A stretch of 64,000 bases of DNA from contig OZ223272.1 in assembly GCA_965140585.1 (NCBI GenBank), positions 448,001 to 512,000 of the forward strand, in the 5' to 3' direction. The notes beneath the pieces were generated by a model. The model had not been told where the DNA came from and did no database searches. It saw only the letters and a program-made list of their open reading frames with translations. This stretch comes from Spirochaetia bacterium. GTDB taxonomy: Bacteria; Spirochaetota; Spirochaetia; UBA9216. Shown here piece by piece: positions 48,466 through 61,078 of this stretch. The position numbers were made by a program, and so were the translations under genes. The first letter of the stretch is position 1; the number at the start of each line of letters is the position of its first letter.

Positions 48466-50208
48466 TCAGCCTTTATTTTCAATTGCCTCGTTCAGTTGTT
48501 TCATAAAATCAGCAAATGGAACACCGTTAGTCTGTTTTCCGGAACGGAATCTTACAGAGACCGCACCTTCTTCAGCCTCTTTCTCACCCAGAACCAGCAT
48601 ATAGGGAATCTTCTGATTCTGTGCATTTCTAATCTTTGCGTTCATGCGATCATCTGAAAGATCAGTTTCAACCCTTATTCCTGCGGCTCTCAGTTCGGCT
48701 GCCACCTTCTTTGCATATTCATCAAAAGCTGCAGCAACAGGAATAACTTCAACCTGGACGGGAGCAAGCCACACAGGGAAGGCTCCGCCGAAGTGCTCGA
48801 TAAGCACGCCGAAGAACCTTTCGATAGATCCCAGAAGTGCACGGTGAATCATGTAGGGCTGTTTTTCCTTACCATCCTGATCAACGAAGGTCATTTTAAA
48901 CCTTTCAGGAAGGTTGAAGTCAAATTGTATTGTTGACAGCTGCCAGGCGCGGCCCATGGCATCCTTTATCTTGATATCGATTTTCGGACCGTAGAATGCT
49001 CCACCTCCCTCGTCAACCTCATACTCAAGACCTTCTTTTACAATAGCCTTCCTGAGTGATTCGGTTGCTGCTTCCCATTTGGACTCATCACCAACACTCT
49101 TTCCACCGCCCGGCTTGGTTGACAGGTAGGCCTTAAACTCGGTAAATCCGAAAGATTTAAGCATATATAGCGAGAACCGCAGCGTTTCTGCTATCTCATC
49201 TTCCATCTGATCCGGTGTACAGAAAATATGCGCATCATCTTGGGTAAATCCCCGGACACGCATCAGTCCGTGAAGAACTCCTGATTTCTCATAACGGTAA
49301 ACGGTTCCAAGCTCCGCCCATCTGCAGGGAAGATCACGGTAGCTGTGCTTCTTGTTGTTGTAGATCATTATATGGAAGGGGCAGTTCATCGGCTTGGCGT
49401 AGTAGTCGCTTGCGTCCATTTCCATGGAGTTAAACATCCCCTCTTTGTAGAAATCAAGGTGTCCGGAAGTTTCCCAGAGCCAGGATTTACCTACATGCGG
49501 GGTATAAACCATCTCATAACCGTTTTTATAGTGCTCTTTTCTCCAGAAATCTTCAATTGCGAGTCTGATTCTTGCACCCTTGGGATGCCAGTAAACCATT
49601 CCGGGACCGGCTTCCTCATGAAGACTGAACAGCTCCAGTTCTTTCCCAAGCTTTCTGTGGTCGCGTTTTTCCATCTCTTCAAGATGCTGCAGATGCATCC
49701 TAAGTTCCTTCGGGTTACTCCAGGCTGTACCGTATATACGCTGAAGCATCGGTCTGCTTTCATCACCCCGCCAGTATGCCCCGGCTATGGAAAGAAGCTT
49801 GAATGACTGAGGATTAAGTTTTCCGGTATTTTCAACATGGGGACCGCGGCAGAGATCTGTGAACCCACCCTGGTTGTAGGTTGTAATAACCGCATCTTCA
49901 GGAAGGTCATTGATCAGCTCAACCTTGTAGGGCTGATCCTTGAAAAGCTCAAGGGCCTCCGCCTTTGAGACTTCAGTTCTTACAAACTCTTTCTTTTCCT
50001 TCATTATTTCCTGCATAACCTTTGTAATTTCTTCAAGGTCATCAGGACCGATTGAGCGCGGCAGATCGAAGTCATAATAGAATCCGTTTTCTATAGACGG
50101 TCCGATTGCTATTCGGGCTTCGGGAAACAGTTTTAAAACAGCCTCCGCCATTACATGCGCTGTAGAGTGCCTTATTAATTCAAGTTTTTCGTTTTTTTCT
50201 TCTGCCAT
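48466..50208 (-). CDS. thrS: Threonine--tRNA ligase (short form without N-terminal TGS domain)
   Basis: RHSTAHVMAEA, DLCRGPH, KPMNCP, RVRGFTQDDAH, FYGPK; start at ATG 50208. Confidence 0.97.
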   Translation of the reverse strand: MAEEKNEKLELIRHSTAHVMAEAVLKLFPEARIAIGPSIENGFYYDFDLPRSIGPDDLEEITKVMQEIMKEKKEFVRTEVSKAEALELFKDQPYKVELINDLPEDAVITTYNQGGFTDLCRGPHVENTGKLNPQSFKLLSIAGAYWRGDESRPMLQRIYGTAWSNPKELRMHLQHLEEMEKRDHRKLGKELELFSLHEEAGPGMVYWHPKGARIRLAIEDFWRKEHYKNGYEMVYTPHVGKSWLWETSGHLDFYKEGMFNSMEMDASDYYAKPMNCPFHIMIYNNKKHSYRDLPCRWAELGTVYRYEKSGVLHGLMRVRGFTQDDAHIFCTPDQMEDEIAETLRFSLYMLKSFGFTEFKAYLSTKPGGGKSVGDESKWEAATESLRKAIVKEGLEYEVDEGGGAFYGPKIDIKIKDAMGRAWQLSTIQFDFNLPERFKMTFVDQDGKEKQPYMIHRALLGSIERFFGVLIEHFGGAFPVWLAPVQVEVIPVAAAFDEYAKKVAAELRAAGIRVETDLSDDRMNAKIRNAQNQKIPYMLVLGEKEAEEGAVSVRFRSGKQTNGVPFADFMKQLNEAIENKG

Positions 50209-50242
50209 ATTTATCTCCCCGGCAGGCAAGGTTATAAAATTC

Positions 50243-50595
50243 AAAAAAGCCCTTACGCCTGCCATCCTTACGTATTATGCAAGGACGAAAAGCATAAGGG
50301 CTCTTTCAAGCCGTTTCGCTATCCGCGGTTCCACCTTACTTCGTCAGATAAAAACAGGTTTAAGAAAACTTGTTTTTATCCACGCACCTTATGGAAGATT
50401 TTTACGTGTCGTCCACGGCCCGGAATAATTGCAGAAATAGACGGGCAGAGTCCTTAAGGACTTTGGCCGGATTTTTCCACGTTCCTGCGGGCAGCTCGGG
50501 AGTGGTTTTGGGCGGGCAGTCATCAGCACCTTCCAGCCTGTGGGTGCTTTCTCTATCGATAACTGTAACCGCTTACTCGTCTCCGTCTATGCTGT
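50243..50595 (-). promoter_or_regulatory. T-box riboswitch leader (Thr)
   Basis: T-box AAGGTGGAACCGCG (50337-50324); AGTA, AGAGA and GCTG stem-I boxes; ACC specifier at 50506-50504; terminator GCCCTTA..TAAGGGC-T run. Confidence 0.82.
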
Positions 50596-50636
50596 TATTT
50601 ATAATATGCTAATTTGAATCCAAAGTGTCAAGACAA

Positions 50637-51746
50637 TCAATAATTCAGAAGCTGAATCTCGCCGTCAATTATTGTGTAGGCAGTCATTCCGCTGGTACAG
50701 TCACCGTACTTATCGAAAGAGTAGTCAAGATTCACACCGCTGTATCGACCTTTACTGATTATTTCATTCTTAATCCTGCCGGGATCCATCTTTTTTTCAG
50801 TAACTGCTGTTTGGTAAAGAAGCTTTACCAGATCATAGTTTTTAACAGATTGAAAGGTCGGTTCTGTACCGAATCTTTCATGGTATACATTCACAAAATC
50901 GGCATATGCATCAGATTCCGAATCGCCGCCGTTCGAAACAATCGCAACGACCCCTTCCACTGCCTGACCGCCGTTTTCAATAAATTCATTGGATAAACCC
51001 CAGGGGGCAATCAGCTTAAGCCTGGGCCTGGCACTCATGTGCTGAAAAATAAGGGCTGAATCAAATGGATTGGCGATAACAAGAACGGTATCCGGTGCAA
51101 TGTCGGAGGCCTGTGCAGCAATATCTTTGAAATTCGGATTGTTCAGTGTATTGTAGATAATCCGGGAAATCATTTTCGGGAGTCCCGAACCATTCAGCTG
51201 TTTGACGAAGCTCTCGGAAAGGCTTTGTGAATACATCTGATTACTGCCGTCAGCAATTATTAATGCGTTTGTGACTCCATTCTCTGAAGCATACTTTCCA
51301 AGAACAGTACCAAAGGTAGAAGACGAAACCTCTGTTCTTATAAGATTATCATCCTTGCCTGTAAAGACTTCTGAGGACACCGTTGATGAAAGAGCCAGAA
51401 CATCGCTTCCGTCAATCAGATCGGCGGCCTCTCCATAGTTTGAACTTACAACCGCCATAACCAGAAACTTGACATCCTCTTCAAGAAGTTCCTTAACCCT
51501 GCCTTTTATAATATCCCGATCACTTTCGTCATCTTTAATAGTTAATGCAATTTTCAGTTCATTTTCATTGTTTATCTCTTCTACTGCAAGCAGAGCCCCG
51601 TTTCTGGCAGAGGTAAGCAGGGATGAGTATTTTCCGGTCAAACTTACAACCATTCCTATGCTTAAAGACCGTTCACCGGAACCGCATGATAGAAGGAGAA
51701 TCAGAATAACAAAAACAGTTAACTTTTTCGTAAATACATTCCTCAA
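50637..51746 (-). CDS. ABC-type branched-chain amino acid substrate-binding lipoprotein
   Basis: Lipobox LLSC; IGMVVSLTGKY, GALLAVEEIN, FDKYGD. Confidence 0.85.
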   Translation of the reverse strand: MRNVFTKKLTVFVILILLLSCGSGERSLSIGMVVSLTGKYSSLLTSARNGALLAVEEINNENELKIALTIKDDESDRDIIKGRVKELLEEDVKFLVMAVVSSNYGEAADLIDGSDVLALSSTVSSEVFTGKDDNLIRTEVSSSTFGTVLGKYASENGVTNALIIADGSNQMYSQSLSESFVKQLNGSGLPKMISRIIYNTLNNPNFKDIAAQASDIAPDTVLVIANPFDSALIFQHMSARPRLKLIAPWGLSNEFIENGGQAVEGVVAIVSNGGDSESDAYADFVNVYHERFGTEPTFQSVKNYDLVKLLYQTAVTEKKMDPGRIKNEIISKGRYSGVNLDYSFDKYGDCTSGMTAYTIIDGEIQLLNY

Positions 51747-51784
51747 AGTAGACTTACTTTAATAATAGTATGATAATTTAGATT

Positions 51785-53476
51785 ATGCAAAGAGTCATAA
51801 AAAGTTTCAGGCTTCAGCTTCTTACAGGAATGATACTATTCTCATTTTTTGCAGTTCTAATCTCACTTATACTGGTAATTTCAACAGACAGGATTTATAA
51901 AAAGCGGATGATGTCTGAAATAGACAGTCTGACTGAAATAGTGAGTCAAAGTATTGATCATAACTTTTATATACCGGTCAGTTATCTTAAAGGTATCAGA
52001 ACTTATTTCAATGAACATTATGAGCTCGGCCAGAGTTCTGATGACCCCTGCTTTATTTCGGATATGATAGAATATACGCAAACTTTTGAGGCAATTGCGC
52101 TAGTAGATGAGAAGGGAGAAGTATCTGATATGTGGCCCTTCGAAGAGAATTTTCTCGGGATTGATATTACCAACCAGCCCTTCTACAAAAAGGACCTTGC
52201 GCCCGATGAAGTTTACTGGTCGGGCAGCTTTCTATCATTTATTTCCGGAGCACCCACAATTGCCATGTCCACAAGATGTGATGCCGGCATTCTGATAGCC
52301 TTCTATAATATGAAACAGCTGGAACAGTATATTTCCATAGAAGTTGAGTATGAATCGGATTTTATTGCTATTCTTGACAGCAGGGGGAATATTGTTACCC
52401 AGTCCAGGAATTCAGACAAACTTATCGGAAACCTTAACAACCTTCCTGCGATCCAGAACTCAATAAGTGGAGATTACGGAACCTCAATTAACTATCTCTT
52501 CAATAAAAAAGGACTGGTCAGTGTAAAAAAAACAGATATCAGCGGATATATGATCCTTGTCTTCAAGGATTATGATCTGATGTACCGTAAAATATATATT
52601 GTTACAACCTCACTGCTCCTCTCAATTATTTTCATTGCAGCGGTCTTTACCACTATAGCTTTTCTTATTATAAGGAGATTTTTTCTGCCTCTTTCAGAAT
52701 TTCAGTTATCGATGAGCAGTGCCGCCTCTGGCAGATACGATCAGATGAAACCCGCTGCCTACAGTGAATTTCAGTCCCTTGCCAACAGTTTCTCAAAAAT
52801 GATAAATAAAATTCAAAGCAGGGAAACTTCGCTAAATGAGGCAATTTCAGAAAGAGAAACACTGCTTTCAGAGCTGAATCACCGGACAAAAAACAACATG
52901 CAGATGATAATAGCCCTAATGCAGCTCTATGAAAATCAGTACCAGGATGCGGATCCTCAGCAGATTCTGAAAAAAATCAAATCCAAAATTGAATCCATAG
53001 CCCTTATACACGAAAATTTTTATAATTCAGCAGAGCTCTCACATATAAATTTTAAAAACTATATAACCGAGCTTGTCCCAATTCTGATTTACAGCTTTAC
53101 GCCCCCTTCAAAGCAGATAGAGTATCATATTGTTTCGGGAGAGCTGCATCTGCTCATCGATTATTCCATTCCGCTTGGACTGGTAATTAATGAGCTGATT
53201 ATGAACAGTCTTAAATATGCTTTTAATGAAACAGACAATGGATTGATAGAAATAGATGTAAAAATCTGCGAAGAGAATACACTGGAAGTCCGGTACCGGG
53301 ATAACGGACCGGGGCTGTCTGCCGGATTTGATATAGAAACAACAGAATCACTAGGCCTGTCAATAATTAACAATCTTGTAACATCACAACTTAACGGAAC
53401 TCTTACATTTCCGGATGATGCACATTTTTCATGTATAATCCGAATTAATCTGGAAACCTATAACCAGCGAATCTGA
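51785..53476 (+). CDS. Sensor histidine kinase (dCache, HAMP, HisKA_2, HATPase)
   Basis: ELNHRTKNNMQ, NELIMNSLKYAF, DNGPG, SLGLSII. Confidence 0.9.
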   Translation: MQRVIKSFRLQLLTGMILFSFFAVLISLILVISTDRIYKKRMMSEIDSLTEIVSQSIDHNFYIPVSYLKGIRTYFNEHYELGQSSDDPCFISDMIEYTQTFEAIALVDEKGEVSDMWPFEENFLGIDITNQPFYKKDLAPDEVYWSGSFLSFISGAPTIAMSTRCDAGILIAFYNMKQLEQYISIEVEYESDFIAILDSRGNIVTQSRNSDKLIGNLNNLPAIQNSISGDYGTSINYLFNKKGLVSVKKTDISGYMILVFKDYDLMYRKIYIVTTSLLLSIIFIAAVFTTIAFLIIRRFFLPLSEFQLSMSSAASGRYDQMKPAAYSEFQSLANSFSKMINKIQSRETSLNEAISERETLLSELNHRTKNNMQMIIALMQLYENQYQDADPQQILKKIKSKIESIALIHENFYNSAELSHINFKNYITELVPILIYSFTPPSKQIEYHIVSGELHLLIDYSIPLGLVINELIMNSLKYAFNETDNGLIEIDVKICEENTLEVRYRDNGPGLSAGFDIETTESLGLSIINNLVTSQLNGTLTFPDDAHFSCIIRINLETYNQRI

Positions 53477-53478
53477 GT

Positions 53479-53775
53479 TTAACTGATAACCGAAATCTTC
53501 TTTATACCGTCAGGAACAGTATATACACCAAGAAGTTTCTTCATATCATCAATTTCAGAGAGCGTGGCTCCGCTTTTTTCATTGTAGGCATTCAGGACAT
53601 ATTTAAGATCATCCCCGTTATCATCAAAAAGCGCTGAACAGAAAGCAGCACGGTACAGACCCTTATCTGCCAGCGCTTTTGTACCAAGCTTTCCATATTC
53701 CTTTTTGGCCTTTCCGTCGATGATTGCCGACTCACCCTGGAATCCGATTGAAAACACAAATTCTTCTCTGGTCAT
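53479..53775 (-). CDS. Conserved hypothetical protein
   Basis: 98 aa ORF with GGGGTG RBS. Confidence 0.65.
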   Translation of the reverse strand: MTREEFVFSIGFQGESAIIDGKAKKEYGKLGTKALADKGLYRAAFCSALFDDNGDDLKYVLNAYNEKSGATLSEIDDMKKLLGVYTVPDGIKKISVIS

Positions 53776-53789
53776 ACTTTCACCCCTTC

Positions 53790-53822
53790 AAAAAAAAGCC
53801 CCGCCCAAAACCGGGCAGGGCT
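53790..53822 (-). terminator. Intrinsic terminator downstream of groEL
   Basis: AGCCCTGCCC..GGGCGGGGCT followed by a T run. Confidence 0.7.
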
Positions 53823-53952
53823 GTATAAATCATTCTATCAACCAATCAAAAAGCCTGATTGATCGTATTTTTAATTGGTCATTATGGACGTTTTGTACGG
53901 AAATCCATTTCCGGACAAATACTCCAAAAACAAAAAAGCTAAGCTTTTTTGT

Positions 53953-55593
<1,641 letters not shown>

Positions 55594-55845
55594 TTATATT
55601 ACCTCTCTTATTTTTGGTTTTACCAGCTGCGGATGACAAAGAAGCAGATATCTGCCTTCTGTCTGATAAAACTCCGCAAATACCCCCCGACATAGTGGAG
55701 GTTTCTTTTCTGTATGAATTTTCTGTTATTAAGATACAAATATTAATACTGATCATCAACAGAAAAATTAAAAAATTTTTGCAGTAATTGTATTTAGTAA
55801 ATATATGCTTGACTTTATATCCTTTTCGGTGCAAAAAATAAAGCG

Positions 55846-57309
55846 ATGGCTGTTAAAAATCCGGAAAATATACTTTTAATCGTAAGATTCTTCTCAGAAT
55901 TCAGCGAAAAGCTGCCGGAAATGACTGAAAAACTGTCGGAACTTCTGGCTGAAGATTCTTCAGGGCTGATTCCGGGCTCGGTGGCACTCAATATACCTGC
56001 TGATCCGGAAACGCTTGCAGTTTCAGAGAAAGCGGGATTCCATATACTGCCGTCAGGAAAGAAAGGCTTACCGCTTCTCAACCTGCCTGCAGGGGATATT
56101 GATGCAGAAATTGATGTGCTAGGTCCTTACATCATGCCGGCAGCCGCAGACTGCTGCAATACCACCCTTTTAAATAAGCTTACAGAAAAAAAACTGAGCC
56201 TGCTCTGTATCAGAAAAATCGGAAACAAACCGGTTCTGACACTGACAGATGCTGAAAAGGAAATCAGTATTCCTGCCTTAATTGTAAATGCAGCTGCTGA
56301 ATCAGGAAAACTTACGGCCGTTCTTTCAGAACTGAAAAATACAGGAAACACTGCGGCTCTGGTTTTTGATTATTACCCGGGGGATGATGAAAAGTTTTCT
56401 GAATTCCTTAATATACTTAAACTTAAATTCCTAAGGAAAAACAGGATTAACTTTATTGCTCCTGAAGCTCTCAAGCAGATTAGCACTGAAGCACTTTCAA
56501 AAATCTCAGCGCTCCCATGCTCAGGCCCGGCTTCAACCCCGCTTTTTCGGAGCAGGATGATTCCCGAGAACAGCTTTTCATCTGTCGCATCCGCAGCCGG
56601 AGCAAGAACACTTGTTGCCAACATGAGCGGACAGACCCAGCTGGCCGGAGAGAAGATAAATCTTCACTTTTACAGAGGCAGACCGACTGGAGTTTCCTGT
56701 TCAAAGCTCAGTATTCTCAACTGGACCGGAGGCGGCGCCTCAATCAAAACCTCGGAAGGGGTTTTCAAGTACACAAATGAAAGTGCTTTTTCATTCGAAG
56801 ACGAAGATGAGTACGGAATGCGTACTCTTCAGTATCCCGAAAAACTCAGCCAGGATAGCCGAATCATCACAGATTTTTATTTTTCAGATAATTTTGACGA
56901 TCCTCTTATTTCAATATTTTCTGATTACCCGGAACTTCCGGATGATTCTGTAGTTTATGAGGCATCCCTTTGCGAAATACCTCTTTTCGATCTGAGACGC
57001 GGAGAAATCAAAATTGAATATTCATCTTCCGACGGAAGTTCAGGTTCGGCAGAACCGGGCAGAGGGATCGGTAAATGGCTCATTCCCGGAAACAGGTTTA
57101 CACTTAAATCGGGAAAACGTATTGTTGAAATCAGTTATTATAGCGATACGAACGGAATCAACCCGGGACTGCCGGTGAAAATTGCCGGCCACAGGGGCAG
57201 GCGGTACTTTTTCGTTAACCCGGGCGGTAACTACTATCCGGTGCCTGCCTGGTTCTACAGCGGACACCGCGATCACATACAGTTCAGCTTCAAAGCCGTT
57301 GAAATCTGA
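55846..57309 (+). CDS. Hypothetical protein
   Basis: 487 aa ORF; no family recognised. Confidence 0.65.
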   Translation: MAVKNPENILLIVRFFSEFSEKLPEMTEKLSELLAEDSSGLIPGSVALNIPADPETLAVSEKAGFHILPSGKKGLPLLNLPAGDIDAEIDVLGPYIMPAAADCCNTTLLNKLTEKKLSLLCIRKIGNKPVLTLTDAEKEISIPALIVNAAAESGKLTAVLSELKNTGNTAALVFDYYPGDDEKFSEFLNILKLKFLRKNRINFIAPEALKQISTEALSKISALPCSGPASTPLFRSRMIPENSFSSVASAAGARTLVANMSGQTQLAGEKINLHFYRGRPTGVSCSKLSILNWTGGGASIKTSEGVFKYTNESAFSFEDEDEYGMRTLQYPEKLSQDSRIITDFYFSDNFDDPLISIFSDYPELPDDSVVYEASLCEIPLFDLRRGEIKIEYSSSDGSSGSAEPGRGIGKWLIPGNRFTLKSGKRIVEISYYSDTNGINPGLPVKIAGHRGRRYFFVNPGGNYYPVPAWFYSGHRDHIQFSFKAVEI

Positions 57310-58167
57310 TTAAACTATCAGCTCGCCGCTTGAGTATTCACAGGACTTACCGTTTACATCAATCAATAAAGCACCGCTTAAACCTACTCCTGCCATGACT
57401 CCGCTTACAACAGCTCCCGAAGCCCCCGAGGAGAAATCATCAGGCATGCCTGTTCTGAATTCAACATTTTCTCCAATGCGGTAAAGCCGTTTTTCCAGCC
57501 TTGCCTGCCACTGATTCTCAGAAACAGTACTTTGAAGTTTTTCAAGAAACAGCTGAAGCAGTCGGTTACCATAAGGTCCGTATCCGGGTCCGTCTGCTGA
57601 TTCATAGTATAATGCTTCTCCGGAAGTCACCGGCTTTCCCGAACCGGAAAGAAGCTCCATACTGGTTGCGGGTCTTCTGAATCCCTCATCATGTTTTTCA
57701 AGCCTGAGATTAATACCGACACCGGCGTAAATGAACCTTCCCGAAGCCTCGCATAATATTCCGCATATTTTACGGCCGTCCGCCAGAACATCATTAGGCC
57801 ACTTGATTGAAACAGTCCCCTTCGGAGTCCCTGCAAACTCTTCGATCGCCTCAGCCGCGGCAATACCGCATAGAAGGGGTAAAAGAGTAAACGGCTTATC
57901 ACCCATAGCAGGGTTAATATGATCCTGATGAAATATCACTGTAAAAAGAAGACTTCCGCCGTGCTCCGACTCCCAGCGCCTGCCGTCTATTCTGCCGCGG
58001 CCGCTGTTCTGGAATCCTGCCGCAATTACCGAACCGGAGGGCGCCTCATCACGCGCAAGAACACGGGCATCACTCATGGTTGATTCAGTTTCACCAATAT
58101 ACCAGACCGGGGATTGTTTACCATTGACAGAGAACGGGTTAATTATATCAGGAATAAGCTCATACAT
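57310..58167 (-). CDS. birA: Biotin--[acetyl-CoA-carboxylase] ligase (no N-terminal HTH)
   Basis: QNSGRGR, IKWPND, KICGIL, GVGIN. Confidence 0.9.
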   Translation of the reverse strand: MYELIPDIINPFSVNGKQSPVWYIGETESTMSDARVLARDEAPSGSVIAAGFQNSGRGRIDGRRWESEHGGSLLFTVIFHQDHINPAMGDKPFTLLPLLCGIAAAEAIEEFAGTPKGTVSIKWPNDVLADGRKICGILCEASGRFIYAGVGINLRLEKHDEGFRRPATSMELLSGSGKPVTSGEALYYESADGPGYGPYGNRLLQLFLEKLQSTVSENQWQARLEKRLYRIGENVEFRTGMPDDFSSGASGAVVSGVMAGVGLSGALLIDVNGKSCEYSSGELIV

Positions 58168-59263
58168 TATCGGATCTCTGAATTATTCCGCCGCCAATGA
58201 CGAGCTCTCCGTCATAAAAGACTGCTGACTGGCCGGGGGTGGCTACGGCCGGAGATTCAAGACGAACCTCAAACCTGTCATCACCTGCGGGAGTAATCTG
58301 TGCGGCATATTCTGTTGAATTGTATCTGACCTGAACTTTGCATTCCAGCTGCTTTACAGGTTTGTCTATAAACCAGTTTGTATCAGAAATAACAAAATCA
58401 TCAGTGCCCTGCTCTTCCTTCCGGCCTACAACTACACGGTTATCCGCGGGGTCAATCGAGACAACATACCAGGGGCCGTTACCCAGCCCAAGACCCTTGC
58501 GCTGACCGATTGTATAGTGAAGGAACCCTCTCGACGGCCCCAGCTTCTTCCCGCTTGTATCACAGATTGTTCCGGGATGATCATTTTTATCCAGAACATC
58601 TGAAGGAAGGTAGCGCTTCATGAATTTTATATAATCATCATCTATAAAACAGATATCCTGACTTTCCTTGATGGCCTTGCCGAAGAATCCGTGTTCATCA
58701 GCTATATCCTTGATTCTCTCCTTGGTGTACTCTCCAAGCGGAAAAATACAGTGCTGCAGAACTTCACGCTTTATTCGATAAAGCATGTAGGACTGATCTT
58801 TTGACGGGTCGGCTGCCTTACGAAGGAACAGCCTGCCGTCTGACTCTGCAGTACGGACATAATGACCCGTGCAGAAGTAAAAATCCCCGGCCGATGCCCC
58901 CTCCTTTTCACAGGCGATATTGAGGCAGCTGCGGTAAAACTCGCTGAATCGGACCCTCTCATTGCAGCGTACACAGGGGTTGGGAGTCATCCCGGAAAGA
59001 TAGTTTCCGGCAAAATCATCCATAACACTTTTCCGGAAAAGGCTCTCAAGATCGACTACATGGTAATTTATACCGAGCCTGCTGCAGACATTGCCCGCCC
59101 TTTCCTGAAGACCGGGACTCGAAAGCCTCAGCTCATCCCACCAGTGGGTAACTCCGAATATTTTATTGTCAGGATAAATCTCCCGGAAGCCGGGATCATT
59201 TTTAAGAAGCCAGGCGGCAGCGCTTGAATCCACCCCGCCGCTCATTGCTACAGCAGTTATCAT
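58160..59263 (-). CDS. mnmA: tRNA 2-thiouridine(34) synthase
   Basis: AMSGGVDS, TPNPCVRCN, TGHY, KDQSY, YTIGQRKGLG, TPGQ. Confidence 0.96.
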   Translation of the reverse strand: MITAVAMSGGVDSSAAAWLLKNDPGFREIYPDNKIFGVTHWWDELRLSSPGLQERAGNVCSRLGINYHVVDLESLFRKSVMDDFAGNYLSGMTPNPCVRCNERVRFSEFYRSCLNIACEKEGASAGDFYFCTGHYVRTAESDGRLFLRKAADPSKDQSYMLYRIKREVLQHCIFPLGEYTKERIKDIADEHGFFGKAIKESQDICFIDDDYIKFMKRYLPSDVLDKNDHPGTICDTSGKKLGPSRGFLHYTIGQRKGLGLGNGPWYVVSIDPADNRVVVGRKEEQGTDDFVISDTNWFIDKPVKQLECKVQVRYNSTEYAAQITPAGDDRFEVRLESPAVATPGQSAVFYDGELVIGGGIIQRSDNV

Positions 59264-59289
59264 TTTTCAAATATAGTATTAATGGAGAC

Positions 59290-59319
59290 AAAAAAAAAGC
59301 GGCTGTAAAAACAGCCGCC
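59290..59319 (-). terminator. Intrinsic terminator
   Basis: GCGGCTGT..ACAGCCGC followed by a T run. Confidence 0.75.
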
Positions 59320-59331
59320 TGCTGGGTAGAA

Positions 59332-59964
59332 TTACATTGTTAACGAAAAGGTTCCGGATTCACCGCTAAGGACATAGCCATTAACAGTTCCAGTACAATC
59401 ATAGGTTGCAATTGCGGATGTACTGCTGTCAGAAAGAGTCATCGAATAATCCAAGGAATTAACAACATCTATTTCAATATCAGTATCAAGATCCGCTCCG
59501 GTTATATGGAGGGTATCATCATCTCTAGTATAAAAGAGCAACTTGTAACTGTATGTGTAGGTAGTGAGATTAACGATCGTGAATGCATAGGTATACTCAT
59601 AATACATTGTACCATCAAGAGTATATACAGTGGAATTATCATCCTCATCAGTATAGGCTACCTCATAATCTGTGAAAGATACAGAAAATGTACCTACAGC
59701 ATTGGTTAAACTATCCTCACCGTCATAATCTGAAGAATATACAAATTCAGCTACTCCACCACCGCTCTGTTCATAAGTAAATGTATTATCTACCGTTGCA
59801 CCTAATCCGCGACTTCCAGCACTGTCATCTACTTCATTAAACCCTGAAGATAAAACCTGTACTGTTTTTACTGCAGTAGCTTCATCCATTTCATCAATAT
59901 TTCCACAGGATGATAACCCCAGGATTATTGCAACAATACTTGTTAATATAAGAAATCGTTTCAT
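59332..59964 (-). CDS. Acidic beta-rich lipoprotein
   Basis: MKRFLIL...LSSC lipobox; GGAGG RBS. Confidence 0.7.
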   Translation of the reverse strand: MKRFLILTSIVAIILGLSSCGNIDEMDEATAVKTVQVLSSGFNEVDDSAGSRGLGATVDNTFTYEQSGGGVAEFVYSSDYDGEDSLTNAVGTFSVSFTDYEVAYTDEDDNSTVYTLDGTMYYEYTYAFTIVNLTTYTYSYKLLFYTRDDDTLHITGADLDTDIEIDVVNSLDYSMTLSDSSTSAIATYDCTGTVNGYVLSGESGTFSLTM

Positions 59965-60125
59965 ATTTCCCTCCATAAAAAACGTTTATTCTTTTATCGA
60001 TTAATATAACACCCTTTTCACAGGAAACAAATGAGTTTCTACTCACTTTAATATTTACATACAGTTTACCCATTTTTTACACTCCCCGGATCTACATTAA
60101 ATACATACAGAAACAGGGAGTTGAA

Positions 60126-60380
60126 ATGAAAAAGAAATCACACTTTAACCCGAAACACATTCTGCTTCTTCTTTTTACGGCTTCAGCTGTGCTGTTTACA
60201 TCATGCCTGACAGACAAAGAAGAAGAAAATAATCAGCCGTCCATGCAGCAGCCTCCGCAGGACGGAATGCTGGGTCCTCCACCGGGAGTACATGCTGATA
60301 AGCAGCATATTGCGGCACTGCTTAAAGGGCTGTATACGCTTGACGGTGGTGAAGACTCTCGCAGCGGTGCTCGTAACTAA
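60126..60380 (+). CDS. Short, possibly truncated lipoprotein
   Basis: LFTSC lipobox, GGGAG RBS, early stop. Confidence 0.4.
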   Translation: MKKKSHFNPKHILLLLFTASAVLFTSCLTDKEEENNQPSMQQPPQDGMLGPPPGVHADKQHIAALLKGLYTLDGGEDSRSGARN

Positions 60381-60635
60381 AGGCTTAAACATCAGCCTTA
60401 AAAGCAAAAATATTGTTACGACAGAGGGTTCGAAGCCGCGTGTGTGTAAGGACGAAACCCAGTTCATCAACCGGAATTCTGCTGGAGTCGTCTCCGGACA
60501 GATGGGATACTGATAGAAACAACGGAAACAGGCTGGTTCCCGCTTTTATCTCTGATGCCGATTTCTGCTCATTATGGGGTCAGGAAAATCTGTTATATTT
60601 TTGATTAATTCTTGAATGACGGTTATACTCAGCCC

Positions 60636-61001
60636 ATGTATCAGATAACTTTCTTTGTACCCAAAGAACAGGCCGAAGAGGTCAAAGAGGCGATGTTTGC
60701 AGCAGGTGCCGGTGCGATGGGTGAGTACTCAAACTGCAGCTGGGAAATTGAAGGAACCGGCCAGTTTAAGCCGCTTTCAGAAAGCACTCCGTTTATAGGC
60801 GAGCGCAACAGCCTTTCAAGGATTCCCGAGTTGCGTGTTGAAATGATGTGTCTTGATGAATGCATTGAAGCGGCGCTTAAGGCTCTTGTAGACACGCATC
60901 CGTATGAAGTTCCCGCCTACTTTGCGGTTAAATTCTCAACTCTTGAAGATTTCCCCGAGGGGGTGGCGGAAGACCGGCCCGGCGTACCCGGCGGAGTATA
61001 A
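60636..61001 (+). CDS. NIF3/YqfO-like protein
   Basis: FAAGAG..G.YS.CS, GTGQF, HPYEVPAY. Confidence 0.85.
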   Translation: MYQITFFVPKEQAEEVKEAMFAAGAGAMGEYSNCSWEIEGTGQFKPLSESTPFIGERNSLSRIPELRVEMMCLDECIEAALKALVDTHPYEVPAYFAVKFSTLEDFPEGVAEDRPGVPGGV

Positions 61002-61078
61002 ACGAGCCGGGAGCTGTACGGCGGATTAAACCGGGCTGTAGACAGGGGGAGACTTCCCCCTCTTAGATTCTCCGGATT

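Noticed and set aside
55594-55845. CIRCE element or groES upstream of groEL
   Set aside because: No TTAGCACTC-N9-GAGTGCTAA and no GroES-like ORF; a lone groEL is known in spirochaetes.
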